This document shows positions 21,101 through 25,280 of a stretch of 39,883 nucleotides of DNA, in pieces. The DNA comes from Opitutaceae bacterium (GTDB lineage Bacteria > Verrucomicrobiota > Verrucomicrobiia > Opitutales > Opitutaceae). Each line of letters starts with the position of its first letter. The first letter of the stretch is position 1. A program made the translations under genes and the position numbers. The notes below the pieces were generated by a model. The model did not search any database. It had not been told where the DNA came from and saw only the letters and a list, made by a program, of their open reading frames with translations. The stretch spans positions 1 to 39,883 of the forward strand of contig JBILWD010000001.1 in the NCBI GenBank assembly GCA_044370095.1, in the 5' to 3' direction.

Positions 21101-22071
21101 CGCAGCGCGTCCGGGTCGACGCGCGCCGCGGCGAGGGCCTCCCGGGCCGCGGGCAGGAGGGCGTCCGCCAACCGGCGCGCCACCTCGCCGGCCGGCGCCA
21201 GGTCCGCGGCGGTGAGCCGGGCCTCGAGTCCCTGGGCGCGCAACCGGGCGGCGAGGAGCGCCCGCGCGTAGGCGTCGAGCGCGGCGAGTCCCGTGGCGGC
21301 CGACGGGGCGGAAGCGGCGGCGCGGGCGGCGGGCAGAACGCGCAGTTCCTCGAGCAGGGCCGGGCTGGCCTTGAGGTACGCGACCTGCGGCACGGCACCG
21401 GCCAGCACCCGTTCGACGACCGCGAAGCCCTCCGCCACGCCGATGGAGCCGAGGCCCCGCGCGGCCATTTCCCGGCGATGACGCGGCGTGGCCACGACGC
21501 CGACCTCGCCCCAGAAACCCCAGTTGATGACGCGCACGGGCAGGCCGTAGGTCGCCTCCGCCCAGCGCGCGTACTCATCGGTAAAGGTGCTGCCCGCATT
21601 GTAGTTCGCCTGGCCCGGGCCGTGGTACAGCGAGACGACCGAGGAGAACACGAGCAGCCAGCCGGCCCCGGCGCGATGCGCCTCCCGCGCGAGAACGGCA
21701 AACCCCTCGACCTTCGGCCCCAGCGCCGCGAGCAGGTCCTCCTCCCGCATCCGGTCGAACGAGCGGTCACGCAACACGAGGGCCGAGTGGACCACGCCGT
21801 CGACCCGGCCCCAGCGGGCACGCACCGCGGCAAAGGCGGCCGCGACCGCGTCCTCGCGGGTGAGATCCGCGGGAAAGTACGCGCCCTCGCCACCGGCCGC
21901 GCCCAGCTCCGCCAGGCCGGCGGCGATCTCCGCGTCCTCGGCGCGCCGCCCGAGCCAGGCCACGCGGGCCCCATACCGCCGGGCCAGTTCAAGGCTCAGT
22001 CCACGGCCAAGCCCACCGTGGCCGCCGGCCACGACGTAGACGCCCCCGCGCCGGAAACCGCCGGGTGTCAC
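1..22071 (-). CDS. Giant trans-AT polyketide synthase (ORF C), >7350 aa, 3' end beyond the window: KRc-cMT-ACP-KS-KR-ACP-KS-ECH-ACP-KS-DH-KR-ACP-KS-DH-KR-ACP-KS-LLM-KR-ACP-KS(partial)
   Basis: GTG at 22071 overlaps the TGA of ORF B (GTGA) and follows GGAGG. It translates as MTPGGFRRGGVYVVAGGHGGLG. The ORF track lists no minus ORF in this frame below 22231, so the frame is stop-free to base 1. Manual translation gives PKS motifs throughout. The + ORFs 52..2655, 3037..10293 and 11764..22482 are all its codon-aligned mirror frame. Confidence 0.93.
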   Translation of the reverse strand, partial: MTPGGFRRGGVYVVAGGHGGLGRGLSLELARRYGARVAWLGRRAEDAEIAAGLAELGAAGGEGAYFPADLTREDAVAAAFAAVRARWGRVDGVVHSALVLRDRSFDRMREEDLLAALGPKVEGFAVLAREAHRAGAGWLLVFSSVVSLYHGPGQANYNAGSTFTDEYARWAEATYGLPVRVINWGFWGEVGVVATPRHRREMAARGLGSIGVAEGFAVVERVLAGAVPQVAYLKASPALLEELRVLPAARAAASAPSAATGLAALDAYARALLAARLRAQGLEARLTAADLAPAGEVARRLADALLPAAREALAAARVDPDALRQALLENHPDHAGHADLLAPCVAALPDVLAGRVRGTDVLFPGGSLALVRRVYEGSALADAANRALAEAVAAAVRARRAAGAAGPVRMLEFGAGTGATTAVVAAALEPLGIPVEYLFTDVSAGFRRQFEAGLAARHPWMRFAVADLDAPLSAQPAAPGTVDVIVAANALHVARRLDDALRLIRGLLRPGGLLALIEVTRVSLANTLTYGLLDGWWQARDAERRLPGSPLLDVARWREVLGAEGFTGFAAFAEGDPAAAPQAVLLAVSPGPPLAPASPAAAPAVGVPALRSGPDSGPADPRVAARVRAVVRRVFRLEEADLTDERGFDRLGLDSIVAVELAEALNREFGAALRPLDLFNAPNIGALAARLGPVALATAAEAPAPASAGSGSAATDAVAIVGYSLRVPGAEDAEQFWRNVLAGVDSTGVVLASRWPEVEGLPPSRRRAGLLADIDGFDPLFFGLSGREAELMDPQQRLFLLEAWRALEHAGHNPRDLGGLRAGVFAGCSYGDYEAVLRAAGREGEAFAFMGNAPSVLPARVAYALNLRGPALAVDTACSSSAVALHLAAENLRQGACDLALAGGVSVFCTPRFHQLAGETGMLSASGRCAAFGAAADGIVPAEGVAVLVLKRRADAERDGDRIHGLLLASAVNQDGRSAGLTAPHGPAQAELIGGLYARAGIDPETIGYVECHGTGTRLGDPIEVGALTEAFRRFTPRRGYCALGSVKANLGHPLMAAGAIGVIKVLLALRDRRVPPAVHAHPSNPELQLAESPFLLPAVAAPWPAGGPALAAVSSFGFSGTNVHLVLAGPPAEGLPAPAPGPWVAVLSGRTPELRRRRAEELAAWLEADAGATPAAAISHTLATGRPAFGHRLAVTARDASEGAAALHAWLATGHDPRVRTGHVATPEAPSAPAGATVEALAAAYVAGAAIDWAMVFPAAARRRVPLPPTPFELIPCGVRPVASGPATPATPAPAPVPVPAATAPLAWAADWVPVAPARAGALAGTWCVAGDPALAAALRDAAPGADVRECPAAELALPGALPAGIVLRCSAEVADRADPAPLLQLHAIVGRLLRPPPAREVRLVVVVPPAPPPVLAALGAYLATAVQEEPRLRARLVVAAPGDPRLAEELGAADTWREVRLDAAGRFARQLGPLAADVPREDLFRPGGTVLITGGAGGLGWLFSRHLARTRGSRLVWLGRNAAGPVAAARAAEVRALGGEVLAVAGDVTRREDVARAVAAAREQFGALHAVIHTAGVQRPGFAAFKTAAEVAEVAAAKVAGAAQLDAVLGTSPLDGLLLCSSQAAVIPEPGQADYAWASRWLDEFAAERERARHEGRRAGRTVAVNWPMWREGGMTLGRGSDPAAAEALAEASARLSGLPPLSTAEGLALLDRAATHPGASVLLAHGDAARLAARAAVVAGATAVAVAPVVPPTAAVGDAALPARVHAYTRALLAEVLKVPADRLGDHTPLAEYGVDSVLVHAFNARLERDLPEAAKTLLFECHTLARLAEHLHAAHGPALAATLAPAVVAEIPPAPPASVTTPLPTGAETPAAGLADGDIAVIGLAGRFPGAEDLDGLWQLLASGAEAITAVPPGRWDEAAAGERRGGFIAGAEEFDAAFFSLPPVEAETLDPQTRCFLQVAWHALEQAGYARSGLLRRRHGEGPAPVGVFAGVTHNSYQIRGALRQQVAPTRVDQSGQWTLANRASFFLDLSGPSLPVDTACSASLTALHLACESLRRGECAAALVGGVNLHLHPVKHEAAAALGMLSPTGHCRPFGAGADGYIPGEGVIAAVLKPRAAAERDGDPILALIKASAINHGGRTQGFSVPNPAAQAAVVAAALRRGSVDPRTVTCVEAHGTGTELGDPIELEGLTRAFGTAGPPGWCSVGSLKSNLGHLEAAAGLAGLAKLVLQFRHGMLAPTLHAAPPNPHLRLAGSAFRLQLAAEPWARPVVDGVTHPRRAGLSSFGAGGANAHVILEEPPPRAAAPAPGPRAPRVLVLSARSAGALRANAGRLATWLRAHIECSLADLAFTLRTAREAMPERLAWVAADPAEAAARLEAWLGGDAAAVHRGRAGPAPAPPVDGALESLAAAWVAGAALEEPTGAESAARVLPLPPYAFEVRRHVYPDLPSAAQVPAAAPAARPVAAAPDGGQTSWRVPGTVFRAHSEVGLELLPGGIALVRMRDRAHRNMFTPALLEGLMHVFARLEDDPAVKVAVITGDDGVFAMGGTRDELLELSDQIRSFASLEFIFKGFLQCPVPVIAAIQGHAQGGGLVFGLYADVVVMAEEALYSAVFTKYGFTPGLGATHILGEKLGADLAAEMMFTAGTYPGAELNRRGAGVRFRPAAEVLPAALEIAREMAEKPAHTLRTLKQGLARRQLARLPAVIADEVRMHGETFGHPEVKARIRHFIRGTEPDPVAPPPPAALPSPATVPAATAIPAAAIPVAAAPELAAITRALRDNLCEKLRLDPAALDGNTTFRDLGLDSILGVEFIHRVNRDFGLRLDASVVYDVVTLDALAAQVRSLLAAAAPPPAPEPAPAESAPVPPLPIPAAAPAPLRLRTPAAAPGVLAVPASAGPRPAVRLAALRTPTVAGPAAAPSPAVEPPAPDEAGAVAVIGMACRLPGANDLDAFWRNLEAGVESVNEVPAERWDINAYFSPDREAPGKLYCRRGGFIAEVDRFDPLFFNLSHAEAEVMDPQQRLFLEEAWHAFEHAGYDPRSLAGVACGVFVGAGTGDYGATLRRADPLLAQSAFAGTGLTPSILAARLAYLLNLRGPALAIDTACSSSLVALHQACRALQAGDCQMALVGGVNLILEPEQLLTTARLQMLSPHGRCRPFDDGADGIALSEGVVAVVLKPLAAARADGDRLLAVIRASGINQDGRTNGITAPSALAQAELLRDVHRRAGVDPAAIGLIEAHGTGTKLGDPVEFRGLTEAFRSPRPRAGRCALGSVKSNVGHTSFAAGLAGLVKVVLALQHRRIPPSLHFERPNEHLDLAASPFFIPTEAREWPAGAEPRFAGVSSFGYSGTNAHVLLAEPPPHSGRPPLPRRRFARERCWVAAPAPAPAPVAPAGTGAGATGAAAWGLAEEPVPTGRRWTTPLDPTAPWIRDHEVAGAPWLAGALQLERALAAVRPLGPGRIVDFAWLRPLPVTTPGRLAVDLGAGNADRELLVGLAAGAPSARGRLVSAGDPADLPAGVPGPETASARLPRRWDGPAFYAAFFGGSVRHGPALRVITAAAAGDDEVVAELRVPAGLSAGVAAGLLLEGALQAAAAVTARGEAVPVGVEVVRWAAEAADGLDRARARARRRERRGDTDVVDVELLDPAGGVRVALTGFTVRRLASAAPAPDVAARLRFARPAWVSRPLPVAAEAPAPRAVLVWDATGSAVAGLAAGWPGAGVRRVMPGGAGGTDGEVWTVRPDVPEDFRALVAAAAPDAVVWVLPRTAGPEEAFTPVFLLLQALVAAGRAGVRGLVVTEEAPGPAVEAIAALLATVRREQPELRWKLLRGVTDPTTWPAEWAAADDAVDVTGVGAARRVRVTEPCEPPADGEPEVAAHVVLSGGAGGVGRAVAAELAARGSAITLLGRSAEPPAGLAAALPAGSRWRYRAADVTDAAAVRAALAAARAEFGPVEGVVHAAGVTADAFLVRQSLDAARRVLAPKTAGVVVLDEVTAADPLRWFAGFSSVAAVDGNVGQADYSYANAFLDAFLRRRARRVLAGERAGRSVAIQWPLWETGLGVAPELLALRGERVEPLPAALGCAVFARLLTGEEPVVAVGLEPVTAGAPALEVIAHAPRGAAEPAVASGAPVPAAAVADYLRGKLAALTKIPVERIDATAPLERYGIDSLLVLSFTRRLEEDLGPLPKSLLYEHQTLASLAAHLAIRYARPLGPFVGAPVAMAAPVGSAADAPQAAAPSVAAAAATAEMAEAVAVIGFHGRFPQASDPEALWALLASGRDAITEVPPERWSLADYHSSERGAAGKTYNRWGGFLADVDRFDAGFFRVPPREAELIDPQERLFLETAWHTVEDAGYARAELRGRPVGVFVGSMYSQYQLVGLEASAPGRLVPVNASQASIANRVSYWFDWSGPSLALDSMCSSALTALHLACASLRRGECELALAGGVNLSLHPAKDVGLAQGGFAAADGRCKSFGAGGDGYVPGEGVAAVLLKPLSRALADGDTVHGILRATAVNHGGKTNGYTVPNPRAQTAVVRAALAAAGVAPAEITCLEAHGTGTALGDPIEVAALQEVFGTAGRPPASCALGSVKSNLGHLEGAAGLAGLFKLLLQLRHGVVAPSLHSRTLNPHLDLAATPFHIPQAPLPWPRGATPRRAGLSSFGAGGANAHVVVEEGPPAPADAGPDGQRHLFILSARESSRLRATVAAWREWLRRPAELSRPPLADAAFTLQVGREPGDERLAFTAADWGEVATALDAFTAGQPHGDLTTGSARAERLGRGLASGPEGAEFVRGLVRAGRWEAVARWWVEGAEVDWREAWAGRKPRRVSLPGTVFARDRHWVTPLASPAPTTPRPLRLAADDSVLRDHEVQGGPLLPGAASLALARAELARALGADHVELRDIAWLAPLAPDAAGLQLSPEFTSAGEGSGRLRLRGPGGGEAMSVRGDRAEPSGEKPAPVELAAVRRRAARPVDPEALYAGLAAVGFRHGPALRVVREVGVGDGELWARLELGAAPAGLTRETALVDGAFQALAALGDAGGAGLPFAARSHRVHREPPETVFVHARAVDGRWNFVWCDEAGAVVAAMAGLAVRAARAPVAERLTFHLPRWAPAPAGGPPAAGTRILLLGADVAQTDAWRSAAPEIELEGGPAPAPAEPTSAELGALTARLTAAAPEVVALVAPAGVAEPWAGGLGALHTVVRALAARERPAPVTLVFLHDGAAPRRAVEAYAAAVRAEEPWLRLRTVECAPGAPAAAVVAEWRDGPPAVRLGAGGERARRELAAVAVAPAAGSPFRPGGTYVIAGGAGGLGVLLAEHLVGACGARLVLAGRNEPTGARRERLAVLGDAVRFIRADLTDPARAAEVCAVARATFGPIDGVIHAAGVLRDGRARGLGAADFAAVIAPKVTVAAALAAALAPEPEAFLLLLSSTAGVLGPPGQAAYAYANALLDAWAADHEAARAAGGPGPRVVTINLPLWADGGMGGPAAAARCAELGLDVLDRTMGLEVLEQVLAAGLPRVMALAGDPARIARLVRPPEPVMPPAPAAVEPQVEIAAAEEGPARADVLAHLVRVFAELTKLPPEQVLADEPIENYGLDSVMVTTFAQRLSHDLGELPQTLLFEFPTLEALADHLLRDRGPALRQALAARVPSVSAPSRALAGAPEPVVAGPVAGSSVELNAAPAGAVVTESPAAAEPVAIIGVAGRYAQADDVAELWRQLAAGRDCIEPVPPERWDAAAIHDPEPLKPGRTTNRWGGFIRGVDRFDPLLFNLSPREAQFMDPQERLFLETAWSTLEDAGRPRRELAGRAVGVFVGVMYAHYQLFGVEERLRGNPVSLSASFASIANRVSHFFDWRGPSLALDTMCSSSLTALHLAVESLRRGECELALAGGVNLTLHPEKDLVLSQTGFSTRDGRCRAFGAGGEGYVPGEGVGAVLLKPLSRAVADGDRIHGVIRATALNHGGRTSGYTVPSARAQAEVVGAALAAAGVAPDTITCVEAHGTGTSLGDPIEVAGLAQAFAAAGAGAEPGRCWLGSVKSNLGHCESAAGIAGLTKVLLQFRHGQIAPSLHATPPNPHLELARTPFRVPTALEPWPRLIRDGVSLPRRAGLSSFGAGGANVHVILEEPPPVALGPPAAGPWLIVLSAKGDARLREHAARLARHLAASGDALADLAFTLQAGREALEDRLAFPAASTAGAAAALEAWLRGEAVPGLWAGHARRADPELVRRREDGSLTAAAGAAAAAGDLAGLARCWVDGATVDWRRLPGTVPRLPVDLPGYPFARVRCWVPGAEEPPAPPAAVGLSLMFFSDANQGEPGGRYDLVLAAARFADRNGFEAVWTPERHFHPFGGIYSAPAALTAALAAITRRVRVRAGSVVLPLADPLRVVEEWAVVDNLSGGRVDVAFASGWNPNDFVLAPDVYPRLRETWLERVPEVRRLWRGGEAERVNGRGETVRLRPYPEPVQRELPVWLAVSRRADSFVDAGRLGCHVLTMLQGSNLQQLAGKIAAYREARRAAGLDPATGRVTLMLHTFVDPDEARGRAVVREPFLAYIRSSVDAHLGAVEGAAALGEEERRRLAEFSFERYCREASLIGTPDSCVAMIRACRAAGVDEVACLIDFGAPRADVLASLPHLAALRARLAEEMPAPAGPAAPPGSVVPPPPATPIAPPVPVAPSGLPEVPKVAPEGTGDLAAAEAALDIAPRHLAPAWTEAPAAAGPVSAGPVLILGHGPLAAALAAGHPGARVVDATEAGLAAGDPGAWDRVVAGASPGRIYLLADAPPAPGADEVARVASGQERGPLALLRLAQALARAEDWRPGLQLRVVTAGCWATGAGEAVAPYAAGVAGLLSALGKETPGLDLAHLDVEPPADDTPAAWAAGAAAVAAEPAQRPGERVAWRAGRRWRQELRPVAVPVPEREPYRAGGVYLLVGGAGQVGRALSRHLAAKFGARLVWVGRRAEDAAIAAARAEIRALGGELTYHAAASEDAAALRAIVAETVASHGALHGAFHAALVFQDERTLTLPEARAREILDAKTAGTAALYEAIRPHTPDFLVLLGSAQSFFNEARRGAYAAACCLQDALAARLGAVAPFPVHLINWGFWAHGLEPAHLPALRAAGLGAITPADGLPAIAACLAAGGGQRVYLRASPAALTRMGVGGETPAPRSAALATAAAPAVVLAPADLEARVAGVLARVLRLAAGDLDRAAPFTDFGLDSIGGVAFIGEVNRELGLDLRPMVLFDHGSVARLAAHLSTLGVAAPPRPLPVVAPTPLPPAPVASAASTSASAPVAAAPVAAGDIAVIGFAGRFPGAADPAAFWELLRTGGDAITEVPPDRWDHGRFHAAEASGPERTPYKWGGF
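320..4990 (-). other. PKS module KS-LLM(monooxygenase)-KR-ACP
   Basis: KS ~4990-3700 (DTMCSS, EAHGTGT, NLGH). LLM ~3170-2150. KR ~1960-620 (GGAGQVG, HAALVFQD, GAYAAAC, INWGFW). ACP ~540-320 (FGLDSIGGV). Confidence 0.88.
2150..3170 (-). other. Embedded luciferase-like (LLM) flavin monooxygenase domain, MupA/Atu3671-type
   Basis: LSLMFFSD...YDLVLAAARFADRNGFEAVWTPERHFHPFGGIY...RAGSVVLPLADPLRVVEEWAVVDNLSGGRVDVAFASGWNPNDFVL...SLIGTPDSC...GVDEVACLIDFG, in frame between KS and KR. Confidence 0.93.
5170..9320 (-). other. PKS module KS-DH-KR-ACP
   Basis: KS ~9320-8050 (DSMCSS, EAHGTGT, NLGH). DH ~7520-6760 (DHEVQGGPLLP, LVDGAFQ). KR ~6700-5480 (GGAGGLG, LRD, GQAAY). ACP ~5380-5170 (YGLDSVMV). Confidence 0.9.
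9450..13260 (-). other. PKS module KS-DH(non-canonical)-KR-ACP
   Basis: KS ~13260-11990 (DTACSS, EAHGTGT, NVGH). DH ~11810-11050 (DHEVAGAPWLA, LLEGALQ). KR ~11000-9750 (GGAGGVG, VTAD, GQADY). ACP ~9660-9450 (YGIDSLLV). Confidence 0.87.
13530..16430 (-). other. PKS beta-branching-type module KS-ECH-ACP
   Basis: KS ~16430-15160 (DTACSAS, EAHGTGT, NLGH). Crotonase/ECH ~14590-13860 (RNMFT, AMGGT, PVPVIAAIQGHAQGGG, KYGFTPGLGAT, MHGETF; PksI/ECH2-like). ACP ~13740-13530 (LGLDSILGVEF...VVYD). Confidence 0.88.
16570..19925 (-). other. PKS module KS-KR-ACP
   Basis: KS ~19925-18680 (DTACSS, ECHGTGT, NLGH). KR ~18100-16900 (GGAGGLG, HTAGVQRP with no LDD-type Asp, GQADY). ACP ~16780-16570 (YGVDSVLV). 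Confidence 0.88.
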
Positions 22072-25000
22072 GCAGCCTCCTCCCGGCCAAGGGTGAAGGT
22101 GAAGCGCCGCCCGCCGCGCCACGCCACCCGTTCCCCAGCGCGTTGCGCCGGCTCCGCCACCACCGCCGCCGCGAGCGCAGCCGCCGCGCCTGCGTCCGGC
22201 TCCCCAGCCGGCAGATCAACGGCCGCACAATCAACGTGCGGGTACTCCCGGCCGAGCGAGGCCGCCAGACCCGCCAACGCTGCGGCGTGCGGCCGGCCCA
22301 GGGCGCCGTCCACCGCCCAGAGGCCACGCGTGACCACCCGGAGGACGAGCCCGGGCACCCAGCGATCCTGGGCCTGCAGGGCTTTCACGAGTCGGAACAA
22401 GGCCAGCACACCACGCTCCTGCGCGGTCCGGACGCGCGCCAGCTCGTCGGCCTCGGGATCCGGTTCGCCCGCCAGGAAATAAACCCGCCGCGGCGCCGGC
22501 CGCGCGGCCACCTCGCGCGCCCACGCACCGGGATCCGCGGGATCGACTCCCGCAGCGGCAGCCAGCTCGAGCACGACGGCCCCGGGATGGCGCTCCGCCA
22601 ACGCCCCCGCCACCGGCGAGCCACCCTCCCGCACGATCCACACGGTCTCGTCTGCCGCGACCGGCGCGAGCGACGGCCGCCCCGCCTCCACCCAACCGGG
22701 CACCAACCACACGGGCGCCGGCCCGGGCCGCGGCGGCCGGGTAACGTACCCGCTGAGCCGCGCCACCACCCGACCCTCCTCGCTCGCCACCACCAACTCG
22801 GCCCCCGTCGCCGGGTCCCCGCTCGCCTCCACCCGCACGACGCCCGGCCACGGGGCCAGCACCTCTAGGCGGCCAAAACCGTACGGGAAACGGAAGCCCC
22901 CATCGCCCTCCGGCCCGAGCAGCGCCGCCACTTGGAACGCACCATCCAGCAACGGGGCGGGTACCCGATCCTGCGCGGCGGTGCCGGCCGCAGCGGGATC
23001 CAACTGGAGCCGCGCCACCACCCGACCCGCGGCCGCGACCACCCGCCGCACCACCCGGAAAGCCGCCCCGTAGTCCACGCCCCCACGCGCCATCAGCTCG
23101 TGCCAGGTTTCGCCGTCCAAAGTCCGCGCCCCCACCTCCGCCGGCCACGCCCCGTCCACGGTCGCCGGAGCGGCCTCCGGCTCCCACGCGAGGCCACCCT
23201 GCGCGTGACGGACCTCGGCGGCCCCCTCACCCGAGATCACTTCCCAATCGCCTTCCTCGGCCCCCGACCGCCAGCGCACCGCTAGGGCAGCCGCTGCCGC
23301 TGCGTCGACCGGCCGCAGCCACGTGAGCGCCCGGAGCACCGGCACATGCCCCGGCCGCCGGCCCGCCGCAGCCAGCACGAGGCCGGCCACCGCCGCGCCC
23401 GGCAGCAGCGGCTCACCCTGCACGCGATGATCAGCCAGCACGGGATCATCCGCGGCAAAGGCAAAGGTCTGGCCACCCTCCGCGGGCATCGAAGCCCCGG
23501 TAGCGGGGACCGGCGCGAACCAACAGCGGCGGAGGTCGAAGGGATAACCGGGCAACCGCACGCGGCGGACTCCCCCAACCGGAAACAAGGCATCCCAGCG
23601 CGCGTCGGCGCCCGCGAGGTAGGCGTCGCGCGCCTCGGCCAACAGGGCGCGCCGGTCGGACACCGCACCGGCGGCGCGCAGGCCCTCGCGGAGCCGCCGC
23701 TCGCGGGCCGCCGGTAAATCGTGCCGCGCAACCTCGACGGTGGCACCCGCAAAGGCCCGCAGCGCGGCGCGGAGTTCCATCGCGTCTGCCGCGACCACCG
23801 CAAAGCGGTGCCCGAAATGGCTGCGGCCCACTGCAAGGGTGAAACTCACTTCCGCCAGTGCGGCGGTGGCCCCCGCCGGAGTCGCCAGCCAAGCAGCGAG
23901 GTCCGCCACGCGCCGCGCGAGGGCCGTCGGCGTGAATCCCGAAAGTAGGAACAGGTGCGGCCCGGGCGCTGCCGGCGTCACGGGCGGCAGCGCCGCGGGC
24001 GCCTCCTCCACCACGAGATGCGCATTGGCCCCGCTGAAGCCAAAGGAACTCACCGCCGCGCGCCGCGGCGCCCCAGACCGCGCGGGCCACGGCTGGGCCG
24101 TATCCGCGATCCGGAACGGACCGCCTTCCAGCACGAGTTCTGGGTTCCGCGGACGCGCGTGCAACGTCGGGGGAATCACGCCTTGGCGCAGCGCCAGCAC
24201 CACCTTCAGCAGCCCCGCCACCCCGGCGGCCGCGAGGGCGTGGCCGAAGTTAGATTTCACCGAGCCCAGCACGCAGAACCCCTCTCGCGACGTGAAGCCC
24301 CGGAATGCCTCGGTGAGCGCCGCCACCTCCATCGGATCACCCAGCCCCGTGCCGGTCCCGTGGCATTCCACGTAGTCCAGCGTCGCCGGATCCACCCCCG
24401 CCGCGCGGTACACTGCCGTCTCGAGCTCCGCCTGCGCGGGCGCGCTCGGCGCGGTGATCCCGTTGGTGCGGCCATTCTGGTTCACGCCGCTGCCCCGGAT
24501 GACCGCGTGCACCGGATCACCGTCGCGCAACGCCGCCCCGAGGGGCTTCAGCACCACCACGCCCACGCCCTCCGCCGGCACGATCCCATCGGCCCCAGCC
24601 CCGAAGCTCCGGCAACGGCCCGTCGGCGACAACAGGCCGGTCTTACTCGCGCGGATGTGGAACCCGTCCGAGGACATCACCGCCACACCGCCGGCCAGAG
24701 CCAGCGTGCAGCCACCGGCCCGCAGGCTCTCGCACGCTAGGTGGATCGCCACCAGCGACGAGGAGCAGGCGGTGTCGACGGCAAGCGCGGGGCCCTTGAG
24801 GTTGAGCAAGAACGGCACGCGCCCGGCCAAAATCGCGCTCGCGTTACCGAGGAACGCCCCCGCCTCGCCCCAGTCGGGCCGGCCCACCAGCTGCGTCTCG
24901 TAGTCGCCCGCACAGCAGCCCGCGAATACCCCGCACCGCGTGTCGTCGAGCGCGCGGTCCGCGTAACCCGCGTCCTCCAGTGCCCGCCACGCGGCCATCA

Positions 25001-25280
25001 GGAATAACCGCTGGTGCGGATCCATCAGGTCCGCCTCGCGCGGCGTGCAGCGGAAGAACAACGGATCAAAGCCCGCCGGATCCCGCAGAAAACCACCCCA
25101 CCGGCTATAGCTGCGCAGGGGTGCACGGCGGTCCGAACTGAACCGCGCCCGCCAGTCCCACCGCTCCGCCGGCACCTCGCGCACGCTGTCGCGGCCCGCC
25201 GCGAGGTTTGCCCAGAACTCCTCTAAGTCGTCCGCGTCCGGAAACTGGCCCGCCATCCCAATGATCGCAATCGGCTCGGG
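19990..25280 (-). other. PKS module KS-DH-KR-cMT-ACP, split across the ORF B/ORF C junction inside the KR
   Basis: In ORF B: KS ~25280-24000 (DTACSS, ECHGTGT, NFGH), DH ~23470-22730 (DHRVQGEPLLP, LLDGAFQ), KR structural part ~22720-22068. In ORF C: KR catalytic part 22071-~21400 (GGHGGLG, LRD, GQANY), cMT (LEFGAGTG, AANALH, GLLDGWW), ACP ~20200-19990 (LGLDSIVAV). Confidence 0.87.

Noticed and set aside
11764-22482. 3572-aa plus-strand ORF (also 52..2655, 3037..10293, 30091..35562, 35962..37449)
   Set aside because: These are codon-aligned antisense mirrors of the PKS frame. They are Arg/Gly/Pro-rich with no domain motifs, and stay open only because CTA/TTA/TCA codons are rare in this GC-rich gene.
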